A DNA stretch of 64,000 nucleotides from Dendrobates tinctorius (taxonomy: Eukaryota): assembly GCF_039654945.1 (NCBI RefSeq), contig NW_027361709.1:1302001-1366000 (forward strand), written 5' to 3'. The position numbers were made by a program, and so were the translations under genes. The notes under the pieces were generated by a model. That model ran no database searches. It saw only the letters and a program-made list of their open reading frames with translations, and was not told the DNA's origin. Below are positions 1-12,116 of this stretch, piece by piece. Position 1 is the first letter of the stretch. The number at the start of each line of letters is the position of its first letter.

Positions 1-982
1 GCCATGTACGCACCAAGTTTAAATGCTATTTAGAGGGAAGCAAGTAAGGTACTTACATCTCCGACAGGGGAGTCAGGCCGGATCTCTGGCTCTTCTTCCT
101 CGTCGATGCCATTGGGCGTGGTACCTCTTGGTCACGTGTGAAGGCCATCTAGTCGTAGTACCATAACTTGGGCACATACACTTCTTCTGTACCGGCACCC
201 GACTTTGTGGACTTCTCAACCTTAAGTTCTTTTTTTGTAGACTGCGTAGGCCCTGAATTTTTTTTCTTCACCGCAGTCTCATCCACCGTGTCTCTGGGAT
301 TGTGCTGCTTGAAGAGGGCAACTAGTTTATCATAAGCCTCCTTTTTTTTTTATACTTATTGCTGTAGTCAGCAGATTTGATCTTCCAAAGGCAGCGATAC
401 AATTCGATCAATTCCCGAATGAATTCCTGGCTATCGGAGGACATCTGAAAAAAAAGAAAAGCAAACAGTGAGAATAGAACAATACATGTAACATTTTAGA
501 AAACTCAAAATCCACGTTTGAAATGCACTAGTGTTTGTTGGGCGGGGCAGGAAAACTAGAATGGCTGCCCATGCCAAAGCGTATGTACACAGATAGGAGC
601 CAAGCAGCCCCCCATTTGCTTGCAAGTGTTAAATCATGACCACAATGTAGAATAGAGTCATGATTGCTGACCTATAAACGGAAACGCTGCAAAGATCCTA
701 ATTTGAGACCCCAAACAATAATGCCTACCTTGCAGACGGAGCAACCAGAAGGTGTAGTAAGATCCACTAAGAATTGCGCACTAGCGACCCCGTGTCAGTG
801 ACTGGGACGCTGAAGGAAAACCGTATAGTACGATCCACAGCGTTCAGGAACAAAGGATGGAAGCGTTACTGCGTCATGACGAGGTCGCCCATTCATAGAA
901 TGATAGCGCAGTAGTGGCCACGGAGCTGAGGGGGCGTTGAAAAGACAAAAGAAAAATCACGCCTGCGTCCCTGAGTTTTGAG

Positions 983-1225
983 TTGCCAGCGAGGTCGCTC
1001 GTCGTTGTTATGGTGTTAAACACAGCAATGCATGCCGGCCAGCGGGACACCGACGATCAAAACATGGCCTGGGACATTCGAGCACGATCAGCGATATCGC
1101 AGCGGGGGGGGCGGTCGCCGCCATGTGTCACACGTAGCGAGATCGCTGGAGAGGTCGCTGTTCCGTCACAAAACCTGTGACGTTTCAGCGATCTCGCTAA
1201 CGATCTTGTTACGTGTGAAGTACCC
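983..1225. mobile_element. MITE-like non-autonomous DNA element (partial)
   Basis: CG-rich internally palindromic motifs (cagcgatatcgc, agcgagatcgctg) ending in ...gtgtgaagtaccct, resembling common anuran Harbinger-type MITE ends. The left end is not resolved. Confidence 0.45.
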
Positions 1226-1264
1226 TCAAGCCTGAATGTGTGAACAAAGCCACAGCTGTGATAG

Positions 1265-1393
1265 NNNNNNNNNNNNNNNNNNNNNNNNNNNNNNNNNNNN
1301 NNNNNNNNNNNNNNNNNNNNNNNNNNNNNNNNNNNNNNNNNNNNNNNNNNNNNNNNNNNNNNNNNNNNNNNNNNNNNNNNNNNNNNNNNNNNN
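1265..1393. other. Assembly gap (129 N)
   Basis: Run of N. Confidence 1.
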
Positions 1394-1520
1394 CAGCACA
1401 AAATACCTTAGTGCAGTGCACGCTTCTCCAGACACCTCAGTGTCCTTAGATAATAGCAAAAAAAAGAAAAAAGCAGCACCAAAATAATAGTGGCGCAAAC
1501 TTTTTAGCAGCCCAGTGGCG

Positions 1521-1558
1521 TGGCGACGTTTCGGATATGGCAATCCTTTCTCAAGCCA
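1521..1558 (-). ncRNA. Minimal type-I hammerhead ribozyme motif (U3-A8 core variant), Penelope-like origin
   Basis: Minus strand reads tggc-TTGAGAA-a-ggat-tgccat-atcc-GAAA-CG-TC-gcca: stem I tggc/gcca, stem II ggat/atcc, palindromic ACGT stem III, GUC cleavage triplet. Confidence 0.6.
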
Positions 1559-1782
1559 ACTATTATTTTGGTGCTGCTTTTTTCTTTTTTTTTTTTTTGC
1601 TACACACACAGGTATATATACACACACTCCACCCCTGATATTATATATTCTCTTTATTTGCTTGTAATCTGACTTGATGATGATAATAATAGTGGTTGCT
1701 ACGGGAATCTGTTTACATACGGGCCATAGTGACGGCACTGTGCACAGCAGCCACGCAGGTGTTTGCTAAGCGCTAATCTGAT

Positions 1783-3367
1783 CATCAGTGTCTGCGGGGG
1801 TGCGGCTGTCGGACCCCCGACCCCATACAGTACACCGGTCATCAGTGTCTGCGGGGGTGCGGCTGTCGGACCCCTGACCTCATACAGTACACCGGTCGTC
1901 AGTGTCTGCGGGGGTGCGGCTGTCGGACCCCCGACCCCATACAGTACACCGGTCATCAGTGTCTGCGGGGGTGCGGCTGTCGGACCCCTGACCTCATACA
2001 GTACACCGGTCGTCAGTGTCTGCGGGGGTGCGGCTGTCGGACCCCTGACCTCATACAGTACACCGGTCGTCAGTGTTTGCGGGGGTGTGGCTGTCGGACC
2101 CCTGACATCATACAGTAGACCGGTCGTCAGTGTTTGCGGGGGTGTGGCTGTCGGACACCTGACCTCATACAGTACACCGGTCATCAGTGTCTGCGGGGGG
2201 TGCGGCTGTCGGACCCCTGACATCATACAGTAGACTGGTCATCAGTGTCTGCGGGGGTGCGGCTGTCGGACACCTGACCTCATACAGTACACCGGTCATC
2301 AGTGTCTGCGGGGGGTGCGGCTGTCGGACCCCTGACCTCATACAGTACACCGGTCGTCAGTGTTTGCGGGGGTGTGGCTGTCGGACCCCTGACATCATAC
2401 AGTAGACCGGTCGTCAGTGTTTGCGGGGGTGTGGCTGTCGGACACCTGACCTCATACAGTACACCGGTCGTCAGTGTTTGCGGGGGTGTGGCTGTCGGAC
2501 CCCTGACATCATACAGTAGACTGGTCATCAGTGTCTGCGGGGGTGCGGCTGTCGGACACCTGACCTCATACAGTACACCGGTCATCAGTGTCTGCGGGGG
2601 GTGCGGCTGTCGGACCCCTGACCTCATACAGCACACCGGTAATCAGTGTCTGCGGGGGTGCGACTGTCGGAACTCTGACCTCTTACAGTACACCGGTCAT
2701 CAGTGTCTGCGGGGGTGCGGCTGTCGGACCCCTCACCTCACACAGCACACCGGTCATCAGTGTCTGCGGGGGTGCGGCTGTCGGACCCCTCACCTCACAC
2801 ATCACACCGGTCATCAGTGTCTGCGGGGGTGCGGCTGTCGGACTCCTGACCTCATACCGTACACCAGTCATCAGTGTCTGTGGGGGGTGCGGGTGTCGGA
2901 CCCCTGATCTCATACAGTACACCAGTCATCAGTGTCTGTGGGGGTGCGGGTGTCGGACCCCTGATCTCATACAGTACACCAGTCATCAGTGTCTGCAGGG
3001 GTGCGGGTGTAGGACCCCTGACCTCATACCGTACACCGGTCATCAGTGTCTGTGGGGGTGCGGGTGTCGGACCCCTGATCTCATACAGTACACCAGTCAT
3101 CAGTGTCTGCAGGGGTGCGGGTGTAGGACCCCTGACCTCATACAGTACACCAGTCATCAGTGTCTGCGGGTGTAGAACCCCTGACCTCATACCGTACACC
3201 AGTCATCAGTGTCTGTGGGTGTGCGGGTGTCGGACCCCTGATCTCATACAGTACACCGGTCATCAGCGTCTGCAGGGGTGCTGGTGTCAGACCCCCGACC
3301 TCATACAGTACACCGGTCATCAGTGTCTGTGTGGGTGCAGCTGTCGGACCCCCGCCCTCATACAGTA
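1783..3367. repeat. 57-bp minisatellite, ~27-28 copies
   Basis: Unit ccggtcatcagtgtctgcgggggtgcggctgtcggacccctgacctcatacagtaca; same family as 35681-36143. Confidence 0.95.
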
Positions 3368-4429
3368 GTGATGACCGCTCCTAAAGACACCACAATGATG
3401 AACTTTATGTAGATTGATCTGCGCTTTTTTTGCAGAATCAGTTTTTCATCTTATTTACATTTTGAAATCCATGAAGTTTTTTTCCCACATGACGAAGCTC
3501 ATGAAACAATGTAAAATAAAAGGAATAATTTATTGAATTTCTTGCATATTTACCGCTGTGATTTTTCTGCAACAACACAGGAGAAAAAAATGCCGAGTGT
3601 GAACAGCTCCACCACGTCTTCAGCCAGAGCGGCGGCGTGTGAACGTTATTGTCTCTCGCACATTTATAGGCGCAGGATGAATTTTTGGTGTTTATGTTGT
3701 AACATTTTCGCATCTTGTAGAGATTCTGACATCTTGGCGCCCCCTCCCCCCTCGCTGCTCCCCCTCAGGTTGTCCATTGCTGAATGTCATCTTTACACTT
3801 GTGACTAATAATTATTTTATTTTTTTTAAGCTTTTAAAGTCATCATGGCAGACAGGAGCGTGAGCGGCTCACGAAAGCATAGATGGCAGAGTCCACCCGA
3901 GATGTCTCCTCGCAAATATCGGAAGAGCAGCAAATCACGTACAGTCAGTCACAGCTGAGAGCGCGATGCTGAGAGTCCCGGGAGCAGCGGTGATCTTCTC
4001 TCCCCTGCAGAGTACGCCCAGACGACGGCTGGATATCGTCACCGGGGTCGGCTTCACTGTGAGAGCCCTGAGTAGACAAACGGACGGAGTGCAATCCCAC
4101 AGAAATGCCACCCACATAGAGACATCAGAGACGGCGCCAGAGAAAGAGGTAACTCAGTAGCGATATTCAGGGGTCTGGTTATTGAGACCCCCACAATATT
4201 AATAACGGGGAAACCATTAAACTCACCAGGGGTGTACATAGAAGTCATGGGGCCCCATAGTATAAGTATAATGCACAGCCCATAGTCCTCCATGTAGTGT
4301 AATGCACAGCCCATAGTCCTCCATGTAGCAGTATGGCCATGGACCATGATATAAAAAAAACATAAACAAGTACTTCCCTTCCCTTCGCTCCTTCGCCCTG
4401 CAGCGTCCTCATCTAAATTCAGCAGCTGT

Positions 4430-6583
4430 GTACTCCAGAGCTGCACTCACTATTCTGCTGGTGCAGTCACTGTGTACATATATTACATTACTGATCCTGA
4501 GTTACATCCTGTATTATACTCCAGAGCTGCACTCACTATTCTGCTGGTGCAGTCACTGTGTACATACATTAGATTACTGATCTGGAGTTACCTCCTGTAT
4601 TATACCCCAGAGCTGCGCTCACTATTCTGCTGGTGCAGTCACTGTGTACATACATCAGATTACTGATCCTGAGTTACATCCTGTATTATACCCCAGAGCT
4701 GCACTCACTATTCTGCTGGTACAGTCACTGTGTACATACATTACATTACTGATCCTGAGTTACATCCTGTATTATACTCCAGAGCTGCACTCAGTATTCT
4801 GCTGGTGCAGTCACTGTGTACATACATTACTGATTCTGAGTTACCTCCTGTATTATACCCCAGAGCTGCACTCACTATTCTGCTGGTGCAGTCACTGTGT
4901 ACATACATTACATTACTGATCCTGAGTTACATCCTGTATTATACCCCAGAGCTGCACTCACTATTCTGCTGGTGCAGTCACTGTGTACATACATTAGATT
5001 ACTGATCTGGAGTTACCTCCTGTATTATACCCCAGAGCTGCGCTCACTATTCTGCTGGTGCAGTCACTGTGTACATACATCAGATTACTGATCCTGAGTT
5101 ACATCCTGTATTATACTCCAGAGCTGCACTCACTATTCTGCTGGTGCAGTCACTGTGTACATACATTACAATACTGATCATGAGTTACCTCCTGTATTAT
5201 ACTCCAGAGCTGCACTCACTATTCTGCTGGTGCAGTCACTGTGTACATACATTACATTACTGATCCTGAGTTACATCCTGTATTATCCTCCAGAGCTGCA
5301 CTCACTATTCTGCTGGTGCAGTCACTGTGTACATACATTTCTGATCCTGAGTTACATCCTATATTATACTCCAGAGCTGCACTCACTATTCTGCTGGTAC
5401 AGTCACTGTGTACATACATTACATTACTGATCCTGAGTTACATCCTGTATTATACTCCAGAGCTGCACTCAATATTCTGCTGGTGCAGTCACTGTGTACA
5501 TACATTACATTACTGATTCTGAGTTACCTCCTGTATTATACTCCAGAGCTGCACTCACTATTCTGCTGGTGCAGTCACTGTGTACATACATTACTGATTC
5601 TGAGTTACCTCCTGTATTATACCCCAGAGCTGCACTCACTATTCTGCTGGTGCAGTCACTGTGTACATACATTACATTACTGATTCTGAGTTACCTCCTG
5701 TATTATACTCCAGAGCTGCACTCACTATTCTGCTGGTGCAGTCACTGTGTACATACATTACATTACTGATTCTGAGTTACCTCCTGTATTATACTCCAGA
5801 GCTGCACTCACTATTCTGCTGGTGCAGTCACTGTGTACATACATTACATTACTGATTCTGAGTTACCTCCTGTATTATACTCCAGAGCTGCACTCACTAT
5901 TCTGCTGGTGCAGTCACTGTGTACATACATTACTGATTCTGAGTTACCTCCTGTATTATACCCCAGAGCTGCACTCACTATTCTGCTGGTGCAGTCACTG
6001 TGTACATACATTACATTACTGATTCTGAGTTACCTCCTGTATTATACTCCAGAGCTGCACTCAGTATTCTGCTGGTGCAGTCACTGTGTACATACATTAC
6101 TGATTCTGAGTTACCTCCTGTATTATACCCCAGAGCTGCACTCACTATTCTGCTGGTGCACTCACTGTGTACATACATTACATTACTGATTCTGAGTTAC
6201 CTCCTGTATTATACTCCAGAGCTGCACTCACTATTCTGCTGGTGCAGTCACTGTGTACATACATTACATTACTGATGCTGAGTTACATCCTGTATTATAC
6301 TCCAGAGCTGCACTCACTATTCTGCTGGTGGAGTCACTGTGTACATACATTACATTACTGATCCTGAGTTACCTCCTGTATTATACTCCAGAGCTGCACT
6401 CACTATTCTGCTGGTGCAGTCACTGTGTACACACATTACATTACTGATCCTGAGTTACCTCCTGTATTATACTCCAGAGCTGCACTCACTATTCTGCTGG
6501 TTCAGTCACTGTGTACATACATTACATTACTGATCCTGAGTTACCTCCTGTATTATACCCCAGAGCTGCACTCACTATTCTGC
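4430..6583 (+). repeat. 86/81-bp tandem repeat array (~25 copies)
   Basis: Unit ccagagctgcactcactattctgctggtgcagtcactgtgtacatacattacattactgatcctgagttacatcctgtattatact, with an attac indel variant. Confidence 0.97.
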
Positions 6584-7029
6584 AGGTTATCTGACTCTAG
6601 CACTGATAAATAGGATTTATTCCTCTCTTATCAACCGTTGCGTTCTGTTCTTCAGCAGGATGAGTGACAGGAGAAGTGTAGATTAGCACGATTACTTCTT
6701 GTCGCTTATCTCCGGTGCTCCGCCGACCATCGCATCAGGGTGTTGGGGGAGGGAAGGATTGGGCATGTTGTATTCTGAGCCCCATCCTTTTAGCTTGTGA
6801 TGATAAGCAGCTGCCAGAGGAGTCTGTAGGAGACATAGATATATGGCAGCTGCTTATTTCCCTGTCCCTTTTGAAAACACAAGAATGCTCCTTCGAGCTG
6901 AGCATGCACGAATATGGGGGGTGGTCTGGAGATATAGCTATTGGGCGATGGCTGTTTAATACTTGACTCTGGAGAGGTCGATTTCTCCTGATCCAATTTC
7001 CCCCCCAAAGGTCCCCTTCCCCCTCTTAT

Positions 7030-9300
7030 ACGTTAAGTAAAGACAAGCGACAACCATTTTCTTTTGGGTAATAACGGCCACAGCAGCCCATTTATTGATC
7101 GTCTTTGGTAATGAAAGACACTTGGTGAGGTCCTCGAAGTTATAACAGTCTGGTGGTTTTTTAAATGGCATTGCCCCTTTCCCCCAGCCTTACTCCTAGC
7201 CGCGTTTTCCTCCAACTTAGAAGCACCATGCACCGAGGGAAGGGGTGCACTCTTGATCATGTGATCCCGACGTTCCATCGCCGGGAATCACCCAATCCCA
7301 TATTACTGTGACCCCGACGTTCCGTCGCCGGGTATAACCCACCAACTCGTGTTACTGTGACCCCGACGTTCCGTCGCCGGGTATAACCCACCAACTCGTG
7401 TTACTGTGACCCCGACGTTCCGTCGCCGGGTATAACCCACCAACTCGTGTTACTGTGACCCAGACGTTCCGTCGCCGGGTATAACCCACCAACTCGTGTT
7501 ACTGTGACCCCGACGTTCCATCGCCGGGTATAACCCACCAACTCGTGTTACTGTGACCCCGATGTTTCATCGCCGGGTATAACCCACCAACTCGTGTTAC
7601 TGTGACCCCGACGTTCCGTCACCGGGTATAACCCACCAACTCGTGTTACTGTGATCCCGACGTTCCATCGCCGGGTATAACCCACCAACTCGTGTTACTG
7701 TGACCCCCGACGTTCCATCGCCGGGTATAACCCAGCAACTCGTGTTACTGTGATCCCGACGTTCCATCGCCGGGTATAACCCAGCAACTCGTGTTACTGT
7801 GACCCCGACGTTCCATCGCCGGGTATAACCCACCAACTCGTGTTACTGTGATCCCGACGTTCCATCGCCGGGTATCACCCAAATCTCAAGTTAACGTGAA
7901 TCGAACGTTCCATCGCCGGGTATCACCCAAAACTCACCAGACCACCACATCAAATGACGGGGATCCATGCATTTAACGAATCCCCAATCCTAATTTTACC
8001 CAACTTCGAGGACCCACCAGCGCCACACCGAGAGCACTTTGACCACCTCAAGTGCTCGAGACCCCACCATTCAGCAATGCTGAGGCCTTTTCAATGCCTT
8101 CTTGCAATCCCAACGTCCGCAAGTCAGTCCCCACAGCGTTCAAATGCTCTCCATCTGGTAGCCAAAATTACTCCTCCATACTGTCAAAACTCGCATGACG
8201 TACCGCTACTCCCCCGTTCTGCACCACGAATTAGGATACTGGTTTGTTGATTTTAATTCGGGCTTTGTTAATCCTTGTAACGGATCGGGCTCCCCTCCAA
8301 AATTTCCTAGGTATCATGTCAGACCACCCTAATTTTAAATTTGGGAACGCCCCCCCCCATAGCTGCTTCAAGTCTATTTTGATGTCCCAAACCAGTCCCT
8401 TCCCAGAGCATACTCCCAGGTCATTACCCCCACATGCAGGACTAAGATATCAGGCGCTCTATGGCGCTGTCTGCTTGTTAAAACTCGTGAATGACCCGCC
8501 CCCATGTTAAACCCCTAGATCCAATCACCTAGTTAACGTCACATGCCTTTTGAAACCCAGCTGTCTACCGCCAGTCTGTCTGTCTGCTCATAGCGCTCCA
8601 CAGTGAACATAACAATGGCCTAGAATCCAGATTAGCTTGTGGAACCCGCTCTGTAACAAAACAACCATAAGTTAGTGCAATATGTCAGTTAGCCCCTTCA
8701 CATCCGTGGGGTCGCACGTAGGACTGAAACCGTTTTGACTCCCACCCACCAATTCTCATCACAATTTCCAAACTTAAACCTCCGACTGCTGCCTCTTTTG
8801 CAGCCCTGATGTGAAAGGAATGACCTCCATAGCTGTGCGGCTCCATGCCCGTTTCTTCCAAGCACCTCCGAAACCCCTTGATGAATTGATATTCTGATAA
8901 AAGGGGACAGTTCTGACAACAATGGTCCCCCTTACCTGGGCCTAGAAGCTATAAATATTCCAAAACATCGCAATGGACACATAACAAAATCCTTCACCTT
9001 TCCCAACATTGCCTTCTTCCTTTTATCCCATTGGCCCGTTTTGACTTACTGATTCAAAATTCTACCCCTTTTTGGGTGGCGATGATGTCTCCGGCTAAAA
9101 TGTCCCCAACTTTGTTTCGCTATTTACCCAATTCTCATTGCCTGAAAATGCCAGCAAAACGCCAACCTAAACAACTCTATGTTGGAACGTGACCTGCAGA
9201 CCGCCTCTAATTGTAAGATTAAATTCAGCAATAACCCAATGACACTGGCCACCTGTTGTCCATTTGGCTTTTTACTTTCCGAGAACCCTTGAGCACCTGT
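7030..9300 (-). mobile_element. Decayed tyrosine-recombinase retrotransposon (Ngaro/DIRS group) with YR and SGNH-hydrolase relic ORFs
   Basis: Minus-strand translation gives YR motifs LFRLAF..AMRIG (~9180-9127) and GHSFHIRAAKEAA...RIGGWESKRFQSYVRP (~8825-8708). Downstream are IWILGHCYVHCGA..GRQLGF (~8632-8550) and PDILVLHVGGNDLG (~8455-8415, with a 1-nt frameshift; SGNH block III GxND). Multiple stops and frameshifts; boundaries approximate. Confidence 0.75.
7261..7930. repeat. 49-bp minisatellite (~13 copies) within the 3' part of the YR retroelement
   Basis: Unit gttactgtgaccccgacgttccgtcgccgggtataacccaccaactcgt. Confidence 0.93.
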
Positions 9301-10520
9301 CTGACTAAAAATTCTTTGTGAAATCAGTTCTATTCTGAAGGGGGTGGGGGGCAACAGAATGCATACCTGTATAATGACACGTATCATGCTTCAAACTATT
9401 ATACCGTAGCCAGCCCCCTAATGTCTCGGTTTTGGTTCTAGAAACACCAATAGGTACGATAGGTGTATAGTAACCTTTTTTTTTTTTTTTTTTTAATGTA
9501 CCTATTACTAGTCCCAGAAAATTGATGAATATATATATAAAGAGGAAGATATTCTAATTAACGAGTAATTAAAAACCATACCCAATGTAACATCAACACG
9601 ATCACAGACTATGAAATAACCTTCCTAATACCTGGACATAGTAATTGAATGAAACCTCTGTTACTTGTTCTTCATGCACTTGATGACATTCACTGCTAAC
9701 CGCTGCCACTGGGTCCCAGTTGTTGGGGATCGGCCCATTGCTTCTGGTGATGTATTTAGTTCCCCTTAGCTGCTCCCCCTGGCTGGCTGGCCCTGGGGGA
9801 GAGGCCCATTGCCCTTGTGTTAACACACTTGATCACTTCTTTCTTTAGTTGCTCCCTCTGACTGACGGTCCCCGATGAGGTAAACTGCTCTTCCGGTTCT
9901 TGCACTGGGTTCCTGCTTGTCCAGAGCCTTAAAGAAACAAGAATCGGTCAATATAACAGTCAAGAACCGGGCCGCAGCATTCCCAGCTCACCTGAATAAC
10001 AAGAGGGGTCCTTCTCTGACCATTGGGCTCACCCACAAGGACCACGATATTTATTACTCTTTTTTTTAAATATTTCTTCGTCCTGGACATATGCCGTGTA
10101 GTAGGAAAATTTACGCTGAGCCCACCACACTCCCCATTAGTCATCGATCCCCGTGTTGACCCATTCCTCACCTACCATATTACTTAAATTAGGGGAATTC
10201 ATATAGGATAGAGACACCTCTCATGGCTCTACCCGCCGTAAGTAATGGCTGATACTGTTGTGTTTCTGTCTCTGCTGGCCTTCATTAATGGCTAGCACTG
10301 ACGTGTCCATAACTCTACCTGCCTTCAGTAATGACAGCACTTGTGTTTATGGCTCGGCCTCTTGTCTGCAGCCCTTTTTTTTTTTTTTTTTTTAACCAGT
10401 TACACACCCACAATTTATTCCTTATATTATGTAATTACATATAGGATAAGGCTCCAGGTAAACTCTTCCCCACAGCACTATCCACCATCATAGGCAATGT
10501 AGATAATCGAATGATAGGTA

Positions 10521-12116
<1,596 letters not shown>

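Larger units (their letters stand above)
1228..4330 (+). pseudogene. TATDN2: Partial duplicate of the TATDN2 5' region (upstream flank, intron-1 repeat, first coding exon 3845-4148) with a nonsense codon
   Basis: 1620-1782 matches ~34395-34582 and 3646-4330 matches ~36144-36835. ATG at 3845 gives [27 protein letters not shown] as at 36353, but CGA>TGA at 3956-3958 and further deletions disrupt it. Core promoter, exon 1 and all downstream exons are absent. Confidence 0.9.

Noticed and set aside
1-980. Possible retroelement or gene fragment, including a CTGAAGGA hammerhead-like start near 810
   Set aside because: No recognisable protein motif, and the GAAA half of the ribozyme core is missing.
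1699-3384. Repetitive ORFs on both strands
   Set aside because: Products of the 57-bp minisatellite, whose unit length is divisible by 3.
4430-6613. Many [25 protein letters not shown] ORFs, or a CRISPR-like array
   Set aside because: Translations of the 86-bp tandem repeat; no unique spacers, no cas genes, eukaryotic context.
9400-10500. Possible continuation of the YR element or an ERV fragment
   Set aside because: No diagnostic gag, RT or RNase H motifs could be read.
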